From NCBI GenBank assembly GCA_013265495.1, contig MU058815.1, positions 1 to 64,000 on the forward strand: DNA of 64,000 bases, in the 5' to 3' direction. How positions within the stretch are numbered: the stretch's first letter is position 1; every line of letters begins with the position of its first letter. Positions 1 through 13,600 of this stretch are shown here, one piece after another. A program made the position numbers and the translations under genes. Source of the DNA: Vicugna vicugna (Eukaryota). The notes beneath the pieces were generated by a model that saw only the letters and a program-made list of their open reading frames with translations, was not told where the DNA came from and made no database searches.

Positions 1-2789
1 GGTCTTCCGAGGTAAACCCACGTGTAACTGTTACAATATCCTGTGCAGACTACATCTAAGCACAGAGAACAGAAGAGAAGCATGTATTTACTAAGAATGA
101 GTACAAAGCAAGAAGCTGGCCGCGCTAGCCTTTCCCCAGGTCTATCCTAGTCAGTGATATGATTCAGACAGTTAACTCTTTCCAAACACAGAAACTTCCC
201 TCGTAAGAGAGGGATTCGCTACAGAAATGCTTAACTGTCCAGAGGGCTGAATGCAGCAAGACGGGACAGGGTCAGAGAGTGATCTAATACAAAAAACATG
301 CAGTGACAGATCTAAATATTAATACTCAAATTTTCCATTTCACTAGCTCATAATGAGTGAGAAAATACGCAATTTATTTTCAATACATAGCTCTTCCAGC
401 AACATTTAAATTTTTACAGAAAACAGTTGTCTTCAATGATAAAGGTATATTTTATTCTACATGAGTGAGTTTTAAAATGTAATGCTTCAAGTTTAGTCAT
501 CTTCTGACCCTAAAACTGTTGCTTTAAAACTACAGAAGAGAAAATGACATACTTTGCTTGCTTTTTTAAAAAAAACCTACATTAAATAAAAAATCAGTTG
601 AAGAAACATTTTATTTCATCTGCCCTTTTACGATACACACCGTCCAGCAACTAACTGGCTTTTAACACTCAGGAACTGGGAAGGATTCCTACAGCTTTAA
701 ACATAATTCAGCCAACAGAAAAATACCGCCAAATACCTTTACAGCCTGCTATCCAGACCTGTATGAATTATGTCTCAAACACTAACCAAGAGAAGACGAA
801 AAGGGATCGCCTGGCAGGCTTTACAGGGCAAGTGTGGTCCGTCTCCGAGCAATGGGGTCTGAAACTGCCACCAACTGGACACTTTCACTGAAATCAAAGT
901 ATCACCTTAGACTTGAGAAGGATATGCGTCTTTCACCAATTAAAAATGTGGTGAAGGTGATAAGCAACTGAAATTGGTTCTGATCAGCGTAAGGAAAGGG
1001 GGATTTCGGGAAGGCAGCGGGCAGGCACCAGTCAGGACACCCGGCTGGGCCGCAGTGGGTCGTGCTCTGGGAGAGGCCCGTGGGGGAGCCCCTACACCCG
1101 GAGGCGGCGAGGTTCCGTGCCCAAGGGCGGGAGGGGGGACTCCGGCTCCCTCCCTAGCGGGAACAGGCCCGGAGTTCCCCTCCTGGAAACTGGAGTGTTT
1201 TCAGAAAGGAGAATGCTAGGCGGCCAACGGGCAGCACTCCCTGCAGGGGAGTCAAGGAATAAACACATGCTCTCTGGGCTCTGCACAGAGTTCTTGCTCA
1301 ATTCAGGCTGCGATCAATGTGAAGACAGACTCAGTCTGTGACAGATGCTGGTGCAGCGTATCTGGCGCTGTACGTGGCAGCTGTCGAATCAAACGCTAAC
1401 TATTCACCCACGAAAACATACCTGTACACAAATAAATTCGCCAGCTAATATTCATCACTTTGCTATAGACAATAGGTCTGTTTCAACACTTTTCAAAAGA
1501 AATAAACTTTATGAAGATTCTAATACGATCAAACCACCTTAAAAAATGCCACTGTATAAACTGGGTTTCAAATATGGAGAAAAAGCTAAGTATTAATAAT
1601 TCAAATATTTATTAGATAAATGTTTCAAAACACTTCTTTAAAATACTAAGTTCCCTTTCTCTAAATACTCAGTCCTATGAAATATGGAAACACCCCTTAC
1701 ACAGAGTACCTCGGATTTAACATAACAGGACTTTGTCTGTTGGAAATGATGCAAAAATAAATAAATAAATAAACTGGAAGTTACAGCAGCATTCATCCGA
1801 ACTCAATCGTAAAATACTTCACAACAAATTAAATACAAAAAAGCTTGCTTCCAAATGGCGGCTGCAGTTTTGCGCATTTGCTCCCAGGGACAATTAATGC
1901 ATGCAGCTGGCGCTAACCTTCAGTGAGTTTCAATCAAAGCTTGACAGCTACCAGTTACATTTCACACGAGGTAATTATAGCAAATGGCATTTAGGCTTAC
2001 TGTTCTGCCATTTCTTTTTCTTTCTGGAGTGTAATCAACAAGATACTAAGATTGCGTCTGCTTAGCTTTTCTGTAATCTTCACACTGACAAAAATAAATA
2101 TTCCATCACGAGGCGTTTGCTGAAGAAGTATAGGTGGGGAAAGAACACCTGATGTTCAGCAGGATTTTCCTCGTGACAATCACTTCGACAAATGATGCAT
2201 TTATAGCTTTTCTGCATAATAAAACGTTAGTTCTTTCATAAAAAAATACAAAAGTCTTCACGATGCCTCTCATTTGCTACAACGCCTAGGCTTTCCGACA
2301 CACCTTGTACTAGTGTGTAAGTGTCGGCGTGCAATGCTCGTGTGTGTGCTCAGCACGGAGAACCCACAGCAGCTCCCCTGGAAGGGCCATGTGGGTCTGC
2401 AACCTGGAGCTCCTACACATCCTTCACGTGATGGGGCAACAAACCAGACACTAGGATGCAAGCACACGGGCTGGACTTAACAGACCAGGTGTCTACATTT
2501 TTAGAGTATTTAAAATGCTAACTCTTATATCTGAATGCAGTTTTAAAACCATATTCTACGAAAAACTGCACATGTATTATATATATGTTATATATACACA
2601 CACTTCTATATTTAATCTCATTACACCTACACTTGCTGAAGTGAACTCAGGCTGCTCTTTTAAAATTCTGCCCACCTGCTGTCTGCATCTGCCATCCCTG
2701 TGCTGGACCGACCAGCACACCTCCAGAGTCAAAGTGGTCCAGGAGCGGTGAGTGCTGTGGGTGAGCCTTGCTCCTTCCTGCGCCTCCAA

Positions 2790-3125
2790 CGTGCTCCAGC
2801 AGAACTGGAGTGAGGGTGCCAGCACGCTCGCCACCCCTGCTGGGGAGGCCCCGGGACATCTCGTTATGTCTTCCCAGATCACCTCTCCCCCACTGCCCCC
2901 CCCCCGTCCTAATGGGCTTCTGGTTCAGCACGCCTTCTCTCCTCCTCTGCTTAATTTTGTCATCGCCACACTTACCACTATCTAACATAACTACGTATTT
3001 TATTTATTTATCAGTCTGCCCCCTCCAATGTAAACTCCATAAAGGGTTTGGTCTGTTTAATTTTCTGCTGTATTTTTCCAGCCACTACAAGCGCGTGGCA
3101 CATAATAAACACTCAGTAAAACACT
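2790..3125 (+). mobile_element. L2 LINE 3' fragment (decayed)
   Basis: L2-tail-like text 'tctgcccctccaatgtaaactccataaaggg...ttctgctgtatttt...gtggcacataataaacactcagtaaa'. Confidence 0.55.
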
Positions 3126-4861
3126 AGGCAAAAAACGAATGCATCTCACAGACGTATAAACCAGAAAAAAAACACAAAAAACTACTAGAAACAGCAGGTC
3201 AGACATACCAGGCATAGGACGTGCTGTAAAGAAAAAACAGAACAAAATGCTGGGTACACAGCACCCGCACTGGACCACCAACTACAGCTCCCGAGCGAAG
3301 GCAGCGGGAGACGGTACAAAGACGGCGAGCTGCGCCAGTCAGGCTTCTTGGCCGCTGGCAGCGCAGACCCACTCTGGCTGATCTACACACAAGAGAGGTT
3401 TCCTGAACGCTTTCTGGATGACTCCAAGAATTACCAAAAAATGCTAAAGAACTACGCTTACTAAACAGACAGAACCGAGAGTCACCATGAGCCAGGACGG
3501 CAGCCTCAGCCCACAGAGAAGGCTGCGTCCAGTAAGGACCCAGCCCCCTAGGACGCAGACCAAGTCCCCATCAAACCTTCACTGTCCCTACCTCTGATGG
3601 TCCAGCTTTAAACTCAAAATCCTGGGCAGAAATCTCTGCTAGCAAGTACCCACTTAAACCCATTCAGCAGGGACCCACAGACTTAGAAAGGGGTTCAGAT
3701 GCGCTGGGAGGGGTCAAAAAAAACAGGTACATCACAATAGTGGTGTAAACAAACTTTATTTGGTACAAATACCAAAGAGAAAGCTCTTCCCTGGAGTGCA
3801 CGTACTTCCTGATACCTGCATGACAAAGGCTTCCGCGACAATGACCAGCATGGGGAAGCGTCAGGGAGGTGGGCTGCTCCTTAGCGCTGTGTGTGAGAAC
3901 AGGCTAAAATGCACATGCTAAACCTCATGCATTTGCACAGCAATTTGGATTTCTGCAGTATCAGTTGGCACTGGAAACGTTACACTCGCTTCAAATGGCA
4001 CAAAATAAAGGCACCAAGCTGAAGTATTTTAAACCCTCTACGTCTCCATTACTCAACCGAAAGGTTTTCAAAGCATCAAGAACAGCACGCATGTGCGGAC
4101 GTTCAGGAGCAAACATCGGCCAAAATGAATCGCACAGTGACCCAAATAGCAGGGACTGGGAGGGGCTGGCTGCTGCAGCCACGGAGCGCTCCCTGGCTCC
4201 TGCGAAGTCAGCCGTCTGCACTTTAAAAGGGTCTGAGCTCTCTGACCGACACTCTGGTTTTTTTCTGTTTTTTCCCCCTGCAGCTTTAATCTTGGGGCAG
4301 CCACAACACACAAAAAACTCCTGAATCTTAATCTACTTTCTTTTCTCTCTTCTCGGAGGTGTGAAAGGGCTGGCCAGGTTTGCTGGAGCTCCAGCAAGAC
4401 AACCTCTCCTGTCTTGTTCGGTTTCCTTAGGTCGAAGGATGGGGCGCAAGAAGCCCCTCTCAAGACCTGCTATTCGGAGGCGGGAAGCAGGTTTCACGTG
4501 CTCCCTGGAATCCGAAGAATTTATCCCCAAAAGGCACTGAAACGTGCCTAGTTAAAAACAAACTTCAACAAAGAAAGCAACAGAGGGAGAAAACAAATGT
4601 ACGAAACACACGGTTAACCAGCAGAAACTTGTGCAAAGAACAGACAAGCATGATTTCTGGGTAACGCTCCTAAAAATCCTAGAAAGTAAAACATTCAGAG
4701 AAATCCAGTTTATCTCATTCAAGGAACAGATACTGAGCGCCTGCATCTCACAAGCTCTGGGCCAGAGACGCTGCTGCCACACGAGGCACAGCAATCCCGG
4801 GTGCCCTCCCCGGAAGCGCGCAGGGCGGAGGGCACGGCCGGACCGGCAGAGAGAGCTGCCT

Positions 4862-5199
4862 TGTTACAGCAAGTAAACAAGGAGGCCGTCAGACCAGGTG
4901 GCTCTAAACGCCTCGGTGGCCTCCGTACGCAAACCAAAATCTAAGCCTGTAAATGCCTCAAAGTTACGAAATCAAAACGCTGAGAGCAACGGATCACAAC
5001 CAAACAACTAGGCTATCAGCCACAGCCGGTCAATGGTTCCCTGACTTTGCTTCCATCTTCTCTCTGTGAAAGTCTCTCCCCAGCTTCCCGTTGGCGGAGT
5101 GCTCCTAACCCCGTCTGGCTTGGCGCGGCCCAAGTCAGATCGATTTTTGCTCAAATGAAGTCTTAAAATTCCGAATACGCCTCAGCTTGTCTCTTAACA
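4862..5199 (+). mobile_element. ERV1-class solo LTR, MER34/MER39-like
   Basis: Begins TGTTA and ends TTAACA. The 3' end 'tttgctcaaatgaagtcttaaaattccgaatacgcctcagcttgtctcttaaca' resembles the MER34/39 terminus. No clear TSD. Confidence 0.55.
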
Positions 5200-7647
5200 A
5201 ACTACCAACTGGAAGAGGACGGGAAGTTATCAAGGTCTCACTCCAGCACCTGATGATGTGATCTTAATACGGGTTACACAGAAACACCCAAATCCTCTCA
5301 GACTTTAGGACACTTATCCTTCACAGCATTCCCACTTGTCAAACTTACGAATAAACAGTTTAGCAAAAATTCTGTCATTGCAAAGTCGAGTGTATGAAAG
5401 TGAGGGGAGAATGAAGGAAATAAATATCAGATTGGCAGCTCAACATCATTTGTCTCTGAAAAATAAAGAACTTAAATTCATATTAAATAAATCTACGTAA
5501 GTCGACAACAATGCTAAGATGAAAGTGGACTTTAAATAACGCAGAAAAGCGTCCAGAAAACAGACAAACACACGAAACTGAGGCACAGCACACACTCCGA
5601 ACCCACAAGACTTCCCTGCCAGGCTGCACCCTTGCTTTGGTGCCACAGTCTGGAAAAGCTCCTGTTCGGTTACGCTCTGTGGACAATCCCGCTGGAATAC
5701 CTCTCCCGAGCAGGTCAGGTGGCGCCATTCCCACGACACGCCCTCCTGGCGGAACTAAACAGAAGCAGGTACCCCCAGCCACACAGAACAGTGACAGTGC
5801 ATCAGGTAAGGAAGGGGCGGGGGGAGCGAGGGGGAAAAGGACACTTACCAACACAAACCCGTGAAGCCGGACACTGCGGAACTGCACCCCAGGCGTGCTG
5901 AGACTCCTCGTCTACCAGCACACTTTTAAAGCGCGTGTCCATTTACCCCTTCATCCCCACGATGTTTTACATTATAAAACACTCACGCCTACTATCACAC
6001 TTAATGGGTTAGGAGACGAAGGCACAGGGTGGCAAGTCCCTTTCCCAAGGCCACGGAGCGAGGGTTCAGCCCACTCCAGGATCCACATGCAGCGACGTTA
6101 CTGGTTTTATAATAGTTTGTGTATTTATTTTCTCAATCTCTTTCTGAAATACTGAACTGATACATAACTGATTTCAAAGTGCTCATTTTAAATTATCAGC
6201 TATTTTAGGACTTGCAGATAATTCATTTTACAGGAATCCGATGGTTACTCCCTATTTTCCGGTCACCTGCTGCTGGCTAGTGAATGGAACAGGGAACTTC
6301 CCAACTGTGTTTACAGATGGCCACAGTAAAACAGAATTCAAAAATACGTATATTAGATGAGGATTCTCAACCACTTGAGCCAGCGAACCTGCCATGGCAT
6401 CAGGTAAAAGTTTGATTCATAAACAGCTCTTTGCTTTTCACAAGGTATCAACTACTTTAACAAGCCAAACCTTCAAGCTGAACAGAAACCCCATAATTTA
6501 TCATCTAACAGGGTGACCATGACCATTTCCAGACGCTTCCTCTGCCTCTGAAATGCTCCTCACCAAGGGTAACTATTAACAGGTCAAGAAATAAATTAAT
6601 TCCAGGGCACTGGAAATTATGCTCATGAGATGAAAAGTGGCCTTGCTGACAATGCATCACTATTTCTAGACAGTGCACTCGAACATCAAATAAATCTCAC
6701 ATCATGGAGATGTGCCAAGAGCCAGTGACCTAGTTTCATTAGGGTGGGAAAGAAACAGCAATCTGTCCTTTGAGACTGGTACCAAAATAGCTTCCCTAAC
6801 GCAGAGCTTCACGCTTTTTTAAGGGTTTAAATAATCTTTCCATGCAAGGGCAAGAAGAATACTCAGAGCCAGTATCAAACAGGAATGTCCTTCACGTACC
6901 CCCGTCGGTCAGTGCTAGCTCTCGTAATGCTACCGATACTTTCAAAACTTGGAAAGAATTCAGAACCAGTAAAATTAAGTAAGAAACTGTTTTCAACATC
7001 TAATAATTGCTTAATGTAGGCAATCGTACCACACCAGCAGACCAAAGACTATTTTTGAGAAACTCTATAAAGATAACCGGCTGCCTTTGCCAGCGCCACA
7101 CCCAAAGAAACATGCAAGCAATAATACACAGAACTATTTTTATTGAGGTAGCTTTATATCACATGGACATAAAAATATAAAGCAACACCGCACCTATGCA
7201 CAGCACCATAGAAACAAAACCTGGCACAACAGAAACCGTCAGTAGTCAAGAGCGGTCACTTTAGGAAGAGCCGGGCAAGAAGCAAGTCTGAGAGACACTG
7301 GGCCTGTGAAACCTGTTTCCTTCCTGAAGTGAAGAATGTGAAAAACAGGACACAGTCGCCTCTTAGAAGAGTTCACTGTAGTGCAACTACAAACTGTATG
7401 ACGTCTACAAGACACACACTTAAAACAAAGCAACTCCAAGGCAGAAGGTAAAAGGCTGGGAAACACACCACAGGCAGGGTCGCGCAGATGGGTCAGGGCC
7501 CACGGTGCCACAGTCAGGCACAACCCAAGCGAAGGCAGAACGCGCGACGGGCGAACGGGGGCGGGCCACGCTGATGGAGCCGTGTGAACCGCGGTGAAGA
7601 CACAGGCCCCCCGAGGCACCAGAAGACACGGAACTGAAATACACGCG

Positions 7648-7850
7648 CAGCTGGCCCTTGAACAACGCAGGCTGGAGCCGTGTGGGTCCACTTACACGAG
7701 GGTTTTTCTTCAATAAATGTGTCCCACAGTTCTACCTGGTCCGTGATTGGTCGAAGCTGAGGATAGAGAACTCTGGATACGGAGTTATTAGCAGACTTCC
7801 GGCTGCGTGGGGGTTGGCACGGAACTCCTGAGTAGTTCAAAGGTCGAGTA
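7648..7850. mobile_element. Tigger2-derived MITE (TcMar-Tigger)
   Basis: Left TIR cagctggcccttgaacaac; right end gtagttcaaaggtcgagta followed by TA. Internal 'gtgggtccacttacacg' matches Tigger2 ends. Confidence 0.7.
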
Positions 7851-7854
7851 TACA

Positions 7855-9330
7855 AGAAAATAGGAGAGAAAAACTAGAAACTGACAGAAACACAATAGCA
7901 GTGGACACTGGAACATACCTCTCTCCAGTCTGACTGATCAAATACACAAAAACTAGAAAACAATATAATTAATAAATTACATTATGTAAAACTATGTCTA
8001 AAACCTTACAAACAAACAGGATACTTCCTTTTCAAAGGCCATGGAAAACATTTACAAGTCTGGCCAATGCAACTGTTATACACAATGAAACTGCTATCAT
8101 TTCCTAAAAGCAGGGCTACGGAAATTATACTAAAATAATGAAACTAGAAATTATTAATTAGAAAACCCTAAAAATAACTTGGAAACTAAAACACAACAAA
8201 ACAACAAGCAAACACACAGACACACAAACCCTACTCTTAGGTTACAATTCAGTGAGAACAAAATGCAAATCTAGAAAACAATATAAACCCTGTATGAAAA
8301 TAAATGCTAAGCAGCCAAGATTAGCTCATTTAAAATACAAACTCCTTCACCAGTAATAATGAAGACGAACCAACTAGACATTTGAATGTTTAAAAGCAGC
8401 GAGGCAAAGAAAACGTAGAATAAATGGCAGGAAAACGTAGAAAAAAGGCAGGAAGCCATAAGTTAGAAAAGAGGAAAAAAGTAAAAGGGAAAAAAAAAAC
8501 AAACCCATAAACCTAAGAAGCGGTTCTGTGGAAAAGCAAATTAGGAGAGAAGGAAAACAAAAATAGGAACTAAGAACTAATAAGGGGAAAGAACCAACTG
8601 TGGAAGGAAACAAAGCATTTCATAAAACATGATATACAAGTCTGTGTCTGGAAACACGTCTACATCTGAAAATCTGGGTGGGATATGACCCAAGAATAGT
8701 CAGTTATAAATAGGGTATTCTATATTTCTCTGTGCTCTACCATGTAAAGTTGTGTACCTATTCTGATCTTGTGGTAGCTTATGGGGAAAAAGAATATGAA
8801 AATGAATACATGTCTATTCATGTATGACTGAAAAACTGTGCTGTACACCAGAAATTCACACAGCATTGTAAACCGATCACAACTCAATAAAAAAATTTTT
8901 TTTTTTAAAAAGAGTACTTTAAACGTCAAAATATATTAGGACACAAAAGTAAAATTAATACAAAATTTCACAAGTGTTATTTAATCCCAGTATTGTTTCA
9001 AATATCCTAGAAAGCAGACAGTTAATAAAGCTTCCAAATCATTTTCAAGATGCTAACATGTAACTGCTACCAAAATCTCACCAGGTAACAAATGAAACAA
9101 ATCTTCAAACTAATCTCTTCTATAAAAATGGATGCAAAAAATACCATTCCAGTATAGGCATACAGAATCCAGAAGTCCCATTAAGCCCGGAACAGCAGTA
9201 CACCATGATGAGAACAGTCTGTTCCAAGAAAACTAGACTCTTTCAATAGAAAACCTATCTAAATAATTCAGGTATCAAGAAATGCGACACTATCAATATG
9301 TCAAGATACTTCCGTCATGTGATTATGGAT
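7855..9330 (+). mobile_element. Ancient decayed L1 ORF2 remnants, interrupted by a younger L1 3' end
   Basis: A-rich L1 endonuclease/RT-like phrases such as 'cttccaaatcattttcaagatgctaac...ctaccaaaatc' and 'atggatgcaaaaaatac'. No open frame. Confidence 0.5.
8721..8905 (+). mobile_element. Camelid-type L1 3' end with short 5' inversion
   Basis: 'gaaaaagaatatgaaaatgaatac...tgtgctgtacaccagaaatt...caactcaataaaaaaa' is homologous to the copy at 42975-43156. The first ~42 nt are inverted and the ends carry a degenerate 15-nt TSD. Confidence 0.8.
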
Positions 9331-10689
9331 GTGACTCTCAGAGTAGAGGCCAGGAGAATGCTTCTTGGTGAAACACCACAAGTTTTCCTACAGTGGAGTT
9401 ATATGTGAGACAGAAAGGTGAGATATCTAAAATAGACCATTAAATCAAAAATACCAACTCACAGAACAGAATGTATAATATGCTCATATTTTTAGGGAAA
9501 AAAATCTATAAAGGTCTGTATTAATATACTGGTAGATGCACTTTAAAATCTGAAATGACAGGCATCAAACCATTAACTATAATTACTTACTGGGACAAAT
9601 ATTTCCCTCTTGCTTTAATCAAAATTAAGAAACTGCTTTTAAGAAATCTGTCAACTGCTAAAAGATTAATTCAATTCTGAAACTGGCCCAACCGCCTCCC
9701 ATGATTATTTTTACTTCTAGTCATACAGTATTAGTGATTTTATGATTTCCCTTTTTTAAAATAAATAGCAATATTACTTTGGTGTTCGAATGCTCTAGGA
9801 GTTAAATTTTAAAGTAACGCCGTTACTTTCTGATTAACTGAGGTTACAGAAGACTTCCTCGAAGGGACCTGGGCTCTGGGGATGGGGTGTTCAAAATCTC
9901 CCCACTGGAGGCGGCCTGGTGGAAGGAAGGAGCAGGCGACTTTCTAACGGTGAGATATCAGGAAAGAGACAGCAGACAGTAGAGGACAAGGAGAACAAAT
10001 GCGGGACAAAAACAAAACTGGCGACACACACGCAACAGGATCAGCCTCAGGGCTGCCACCACTGGTCGCCATGCCTAGTGATCAAGAGGGTCATAAAGGA
10101 TGTTCACCAAGTGCCACGAGAAAGTGAAAAAATAAAAGCGAAAGGGGAGACACGTGACTGTAAAAGCACATCCTGGCTTAGCAGTGTCATTCTGTGCGCA
10201 GCAACAAGCTTACTTAATGGCAGCCAATTCTACATGCAAAGACTAGAAATCTGAAAGTTAACAGGACTTTTTCAGCTCAGCCACAATCACCACAGGGGTG
10301 CACATTTCCGAGAAACAAGTAACTAGTAACACTGGTGAATCTGTTTCAAAGGAAAGGTGGTCCTTTCACATGCCCACGCCAAACGCCTTTTACGATTGGT
10401 ACCCGTAAGTTGGATGTCACCTTTGTGGGTAACTAGACATAGTTTGGTGACATTTCAGTGAATGAAAAAAAATAGCAATTGTCAGTCTGGGTGCACAGAA
10501 CTTCTCTGATTAAGTTTTTGGTCATTTGACAAAAATAATGCAAGTGAGTCCTTGCTCAAGGTAACAACACAGGAGCATCCTGGACTCACGTTGTCCCACA
10601 GACACATCAAAGCTACAGCTGAACAAGGAGCGCTTTCCTCTAGAAGGAACCCCTAGACTCCCCGAGTGATTCCTCCACACGGAAGCAGG

Positions 10690-13600
10690 TAGCAGAGCCC
10701 GAGGTGCAATGTGGCCGCCAACCACCCACACCAGGGACACACACCTCGGGGGGACTCCCACAGCTCCCCGCTTCTCTCTGAGGAGCGAAGGGTTTGAGTC
10801 CCACATCAGGCACGCCAACTTTTCAGCCCTGCGCCTGAGAGATGGAACCCCAAATACCTGGCTTTGAAAGCAAGCAGGCTCGTGTCAGCAACAGCAATGG
10901 GCACAGCGCACTGCGAAGGCGCCCTGGGCTGGCACAGGCCCGCCTGACCACCCGTGCAAAGCAGCGCCCAGGCAGCTGGCTGAGAAGCGCCCGGTCTCTG
11001 TGAAAGCGGCCTATTTGGTTAGCTTAAAGTTTCAGTCCCAGGAACACGTGCCTAACTCACCGCACATCCGGAGGCAACACCACCCCAAGACCACCGAGAC
11101 CAGGGGTGCCACCTCTGCCTCTGCCTCGCTCCCGGCCACCAGGACCCCCCAGGAATGAGCCTGTGCTCACATCTGGCGCCCTGGTTTTTGCAGACGCTGC
11201 CAAGAAGATAACCCCTGATCACCAGGCTCTGAAGGCCACTAAGCTTATATCCACTGGCCCCACAGACTGTAACAAACAGAGAAAGAGTCCTTGACCAGCT
11301 CTCCACCCCAGGGCACAGCGGAGACGCAGCCGAGTGGAAGGTCTAATACCTCTGTGAAAGCGGCCAATTAGCTTGTCTTCATGGCTGCGGAGGGAGGGCC
11401 AGCTTCTAATTAAACACACATCAAGGGGCCTACTACGGTCCTCTCCAGACACTCGGAGGCTGGCAGGTACCGTCTTCCCACTCTCCATCTGCCCTGCTCC
11501 AGGTCTCTGTTGTCTCTGAGAAAGGACCTGTACACACACCTGTCGCCCCAGCTTTTGTAGCTGCCGCCTGGCGGACGCATCCCTTGACCGCCTGGATCTG
11601 TGGACCAGCTGGCCTTGTGTTAATGGTTCAAAAGGACAACAGCAAAGAAAGAAAGAATTCCTAACTGGCTAGCACCCAAAGGCAAGAAATACCCATCTCC
11701 CAGTCTTCCCCTGGAAGCAGCACGTTTCCACATCTTACAGCTGCTGCCTGAGGGCCTGGCTTCCAATCAGCCTGACTCCAGATGCTGGCTGAGCTCCTCC
11801 CCGCTGAGACGCGACAGATCCTGGCCCTGCCTCAGCCACTGGGACCCACTAAGAACAGAGCAGGTGCTTGGACAGACCAAGGGTTTGAGAGACAACAAAC
11901 AGCCAGGGCAGGGCTGAACAGTAAGGTTCATCTCCCGGACTGGAAGAAGGGGCTGTTTTGTCTAATGCATAAAGACTAACACAGAGAGTCAAGGAAAGTG
12001 AGAAACATTAAAAAAAAAAATCCACACAAAAAGACAAGATAAAACCTCAGGAAAAAAGACCTTAACAAAACAGAGACAAGTGACTTGCCTGAAAAAGAGC
12101 TCAAAATAACAGTCGCAAAAATGCTGAGGACAGGAAAAGAATGCGTGAACGAAGAGGAATTCCCACAAAGAGAAAATTTAAGACGTCCAAACAGAAGTGA
12201 CAAAGCTGAACACAGTAACTGAACTGGAAAGTGCACCAGAGGGATTCAACAACAGGCTGGACGAAGCAGGAAAAAGGAGCACTGAATTCAACGGCGGGGT
12301 GGTGCAACTTACCCAGCAAAGCAGCAACAACAGCAGCAAATGGAAAGGAGTCAAGAAACCCTGAGAGACTTGCGGGGCAGCAGTGAGCGTGTCGACGCTC
12401 ACGTTACAGGGTCCCCGCAGGAGAAGAGAGTGGAAACGGGGCAGAACTCTTATTTGACAAAACAATGACTAAAAACATCCCCGCCCTGCAAGCCCAGAGA
12501 GTTCTAAAACATACAAACCCAGACTCGCTCTAAGACATATTACAGCTAACGTGCCGAAAGTTAAAGACGAGGAGAGACTCTCAAAAGCAGCAAAAGGGAA
12601 ACGACCTGTTACATCCAAGGAACCCCCGTAACACCGTGAGCCGACTGTGTAGCAGAAACCTTGCAGGCCAGAAGCGAGGAACCCGACACATTCCAAACGC
12701 TTCCAGTCAGGACTATTACACCCGGCCAGGCTGCCCTGCAGAACTGAAGGGCAGATGGAGTTCTCCAGACGAGGTAAAGGCGTTGATCACAACTAGACTG
12801 GTTGTACGAAAAACGTTAAAGGAACTTCTTTCAGCTGAAACAAACTGGCACTACTTAGTAGCAGAAAAACATACGAAAGTACAAATCTTAGTGGTAAAAG
12901 TAAATACATAATATAGTTCAGAACAACCTGATGTAAAGGTAATGGGTTAATGACCCATAAAGCTCATAGGAAGGTAAGAAAAAAACAAAATAATAATTGT
13001 AACTACGATAATCTGTTAATGCACACACGAGAGAACAAGATGCAAAATGTAACATCAAAAACGCACAACGTGTGGGAAGAATAAAAATGAAAAGATTTAA
13101 ATGTAAAGATTGTAGCAATGTTTTCTTAGGCCGCTCTCCCAAGGCAACAGAAGTAAAAGCAAAAAGAAACAAATGGGACCTAATCAAACTCGGACGCTTC
13201 TGCCCGGCAGAGGAAACCACGAACAAAACAAAAAGACAACCTACGAACTAGGAGAAAATATTCGCAGAAGACACAACTGACAGGGGCTTAAAAGCCACAA
13301 TATACAAACAGCTCACACAGCTCAATGATAAGTGGGCAGAAGATCTAAACAGACATTTCCCGAAGAAGACAGACAGATGTCCCAACAGGTTCCTGAGAAC
13401 ACGTTCAACATCACTGATTATCAGAAAAATGCAGAACAAAACTGCAATGAGGTATCACCTCACACCAGCCAGAATGGCCATCACTAAAAAAGTCTACAAA
13501 TAATAAACGCTGGAGAGGGTGTGAAGAAAAAGGACCCTCCTGTTGCTGGGACTGTGAATCGGTGTAGCCAGTATAAAAAAGAGTATGGAGGTTCCTTAAA

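Noticed and set aside
3965..4937. Cluster of overlapping 65-131 aa ORFs on both strands
   Set aside because: No homology I recognise and no splice support; such ORFs are expected in moderately GC-rich sequence.
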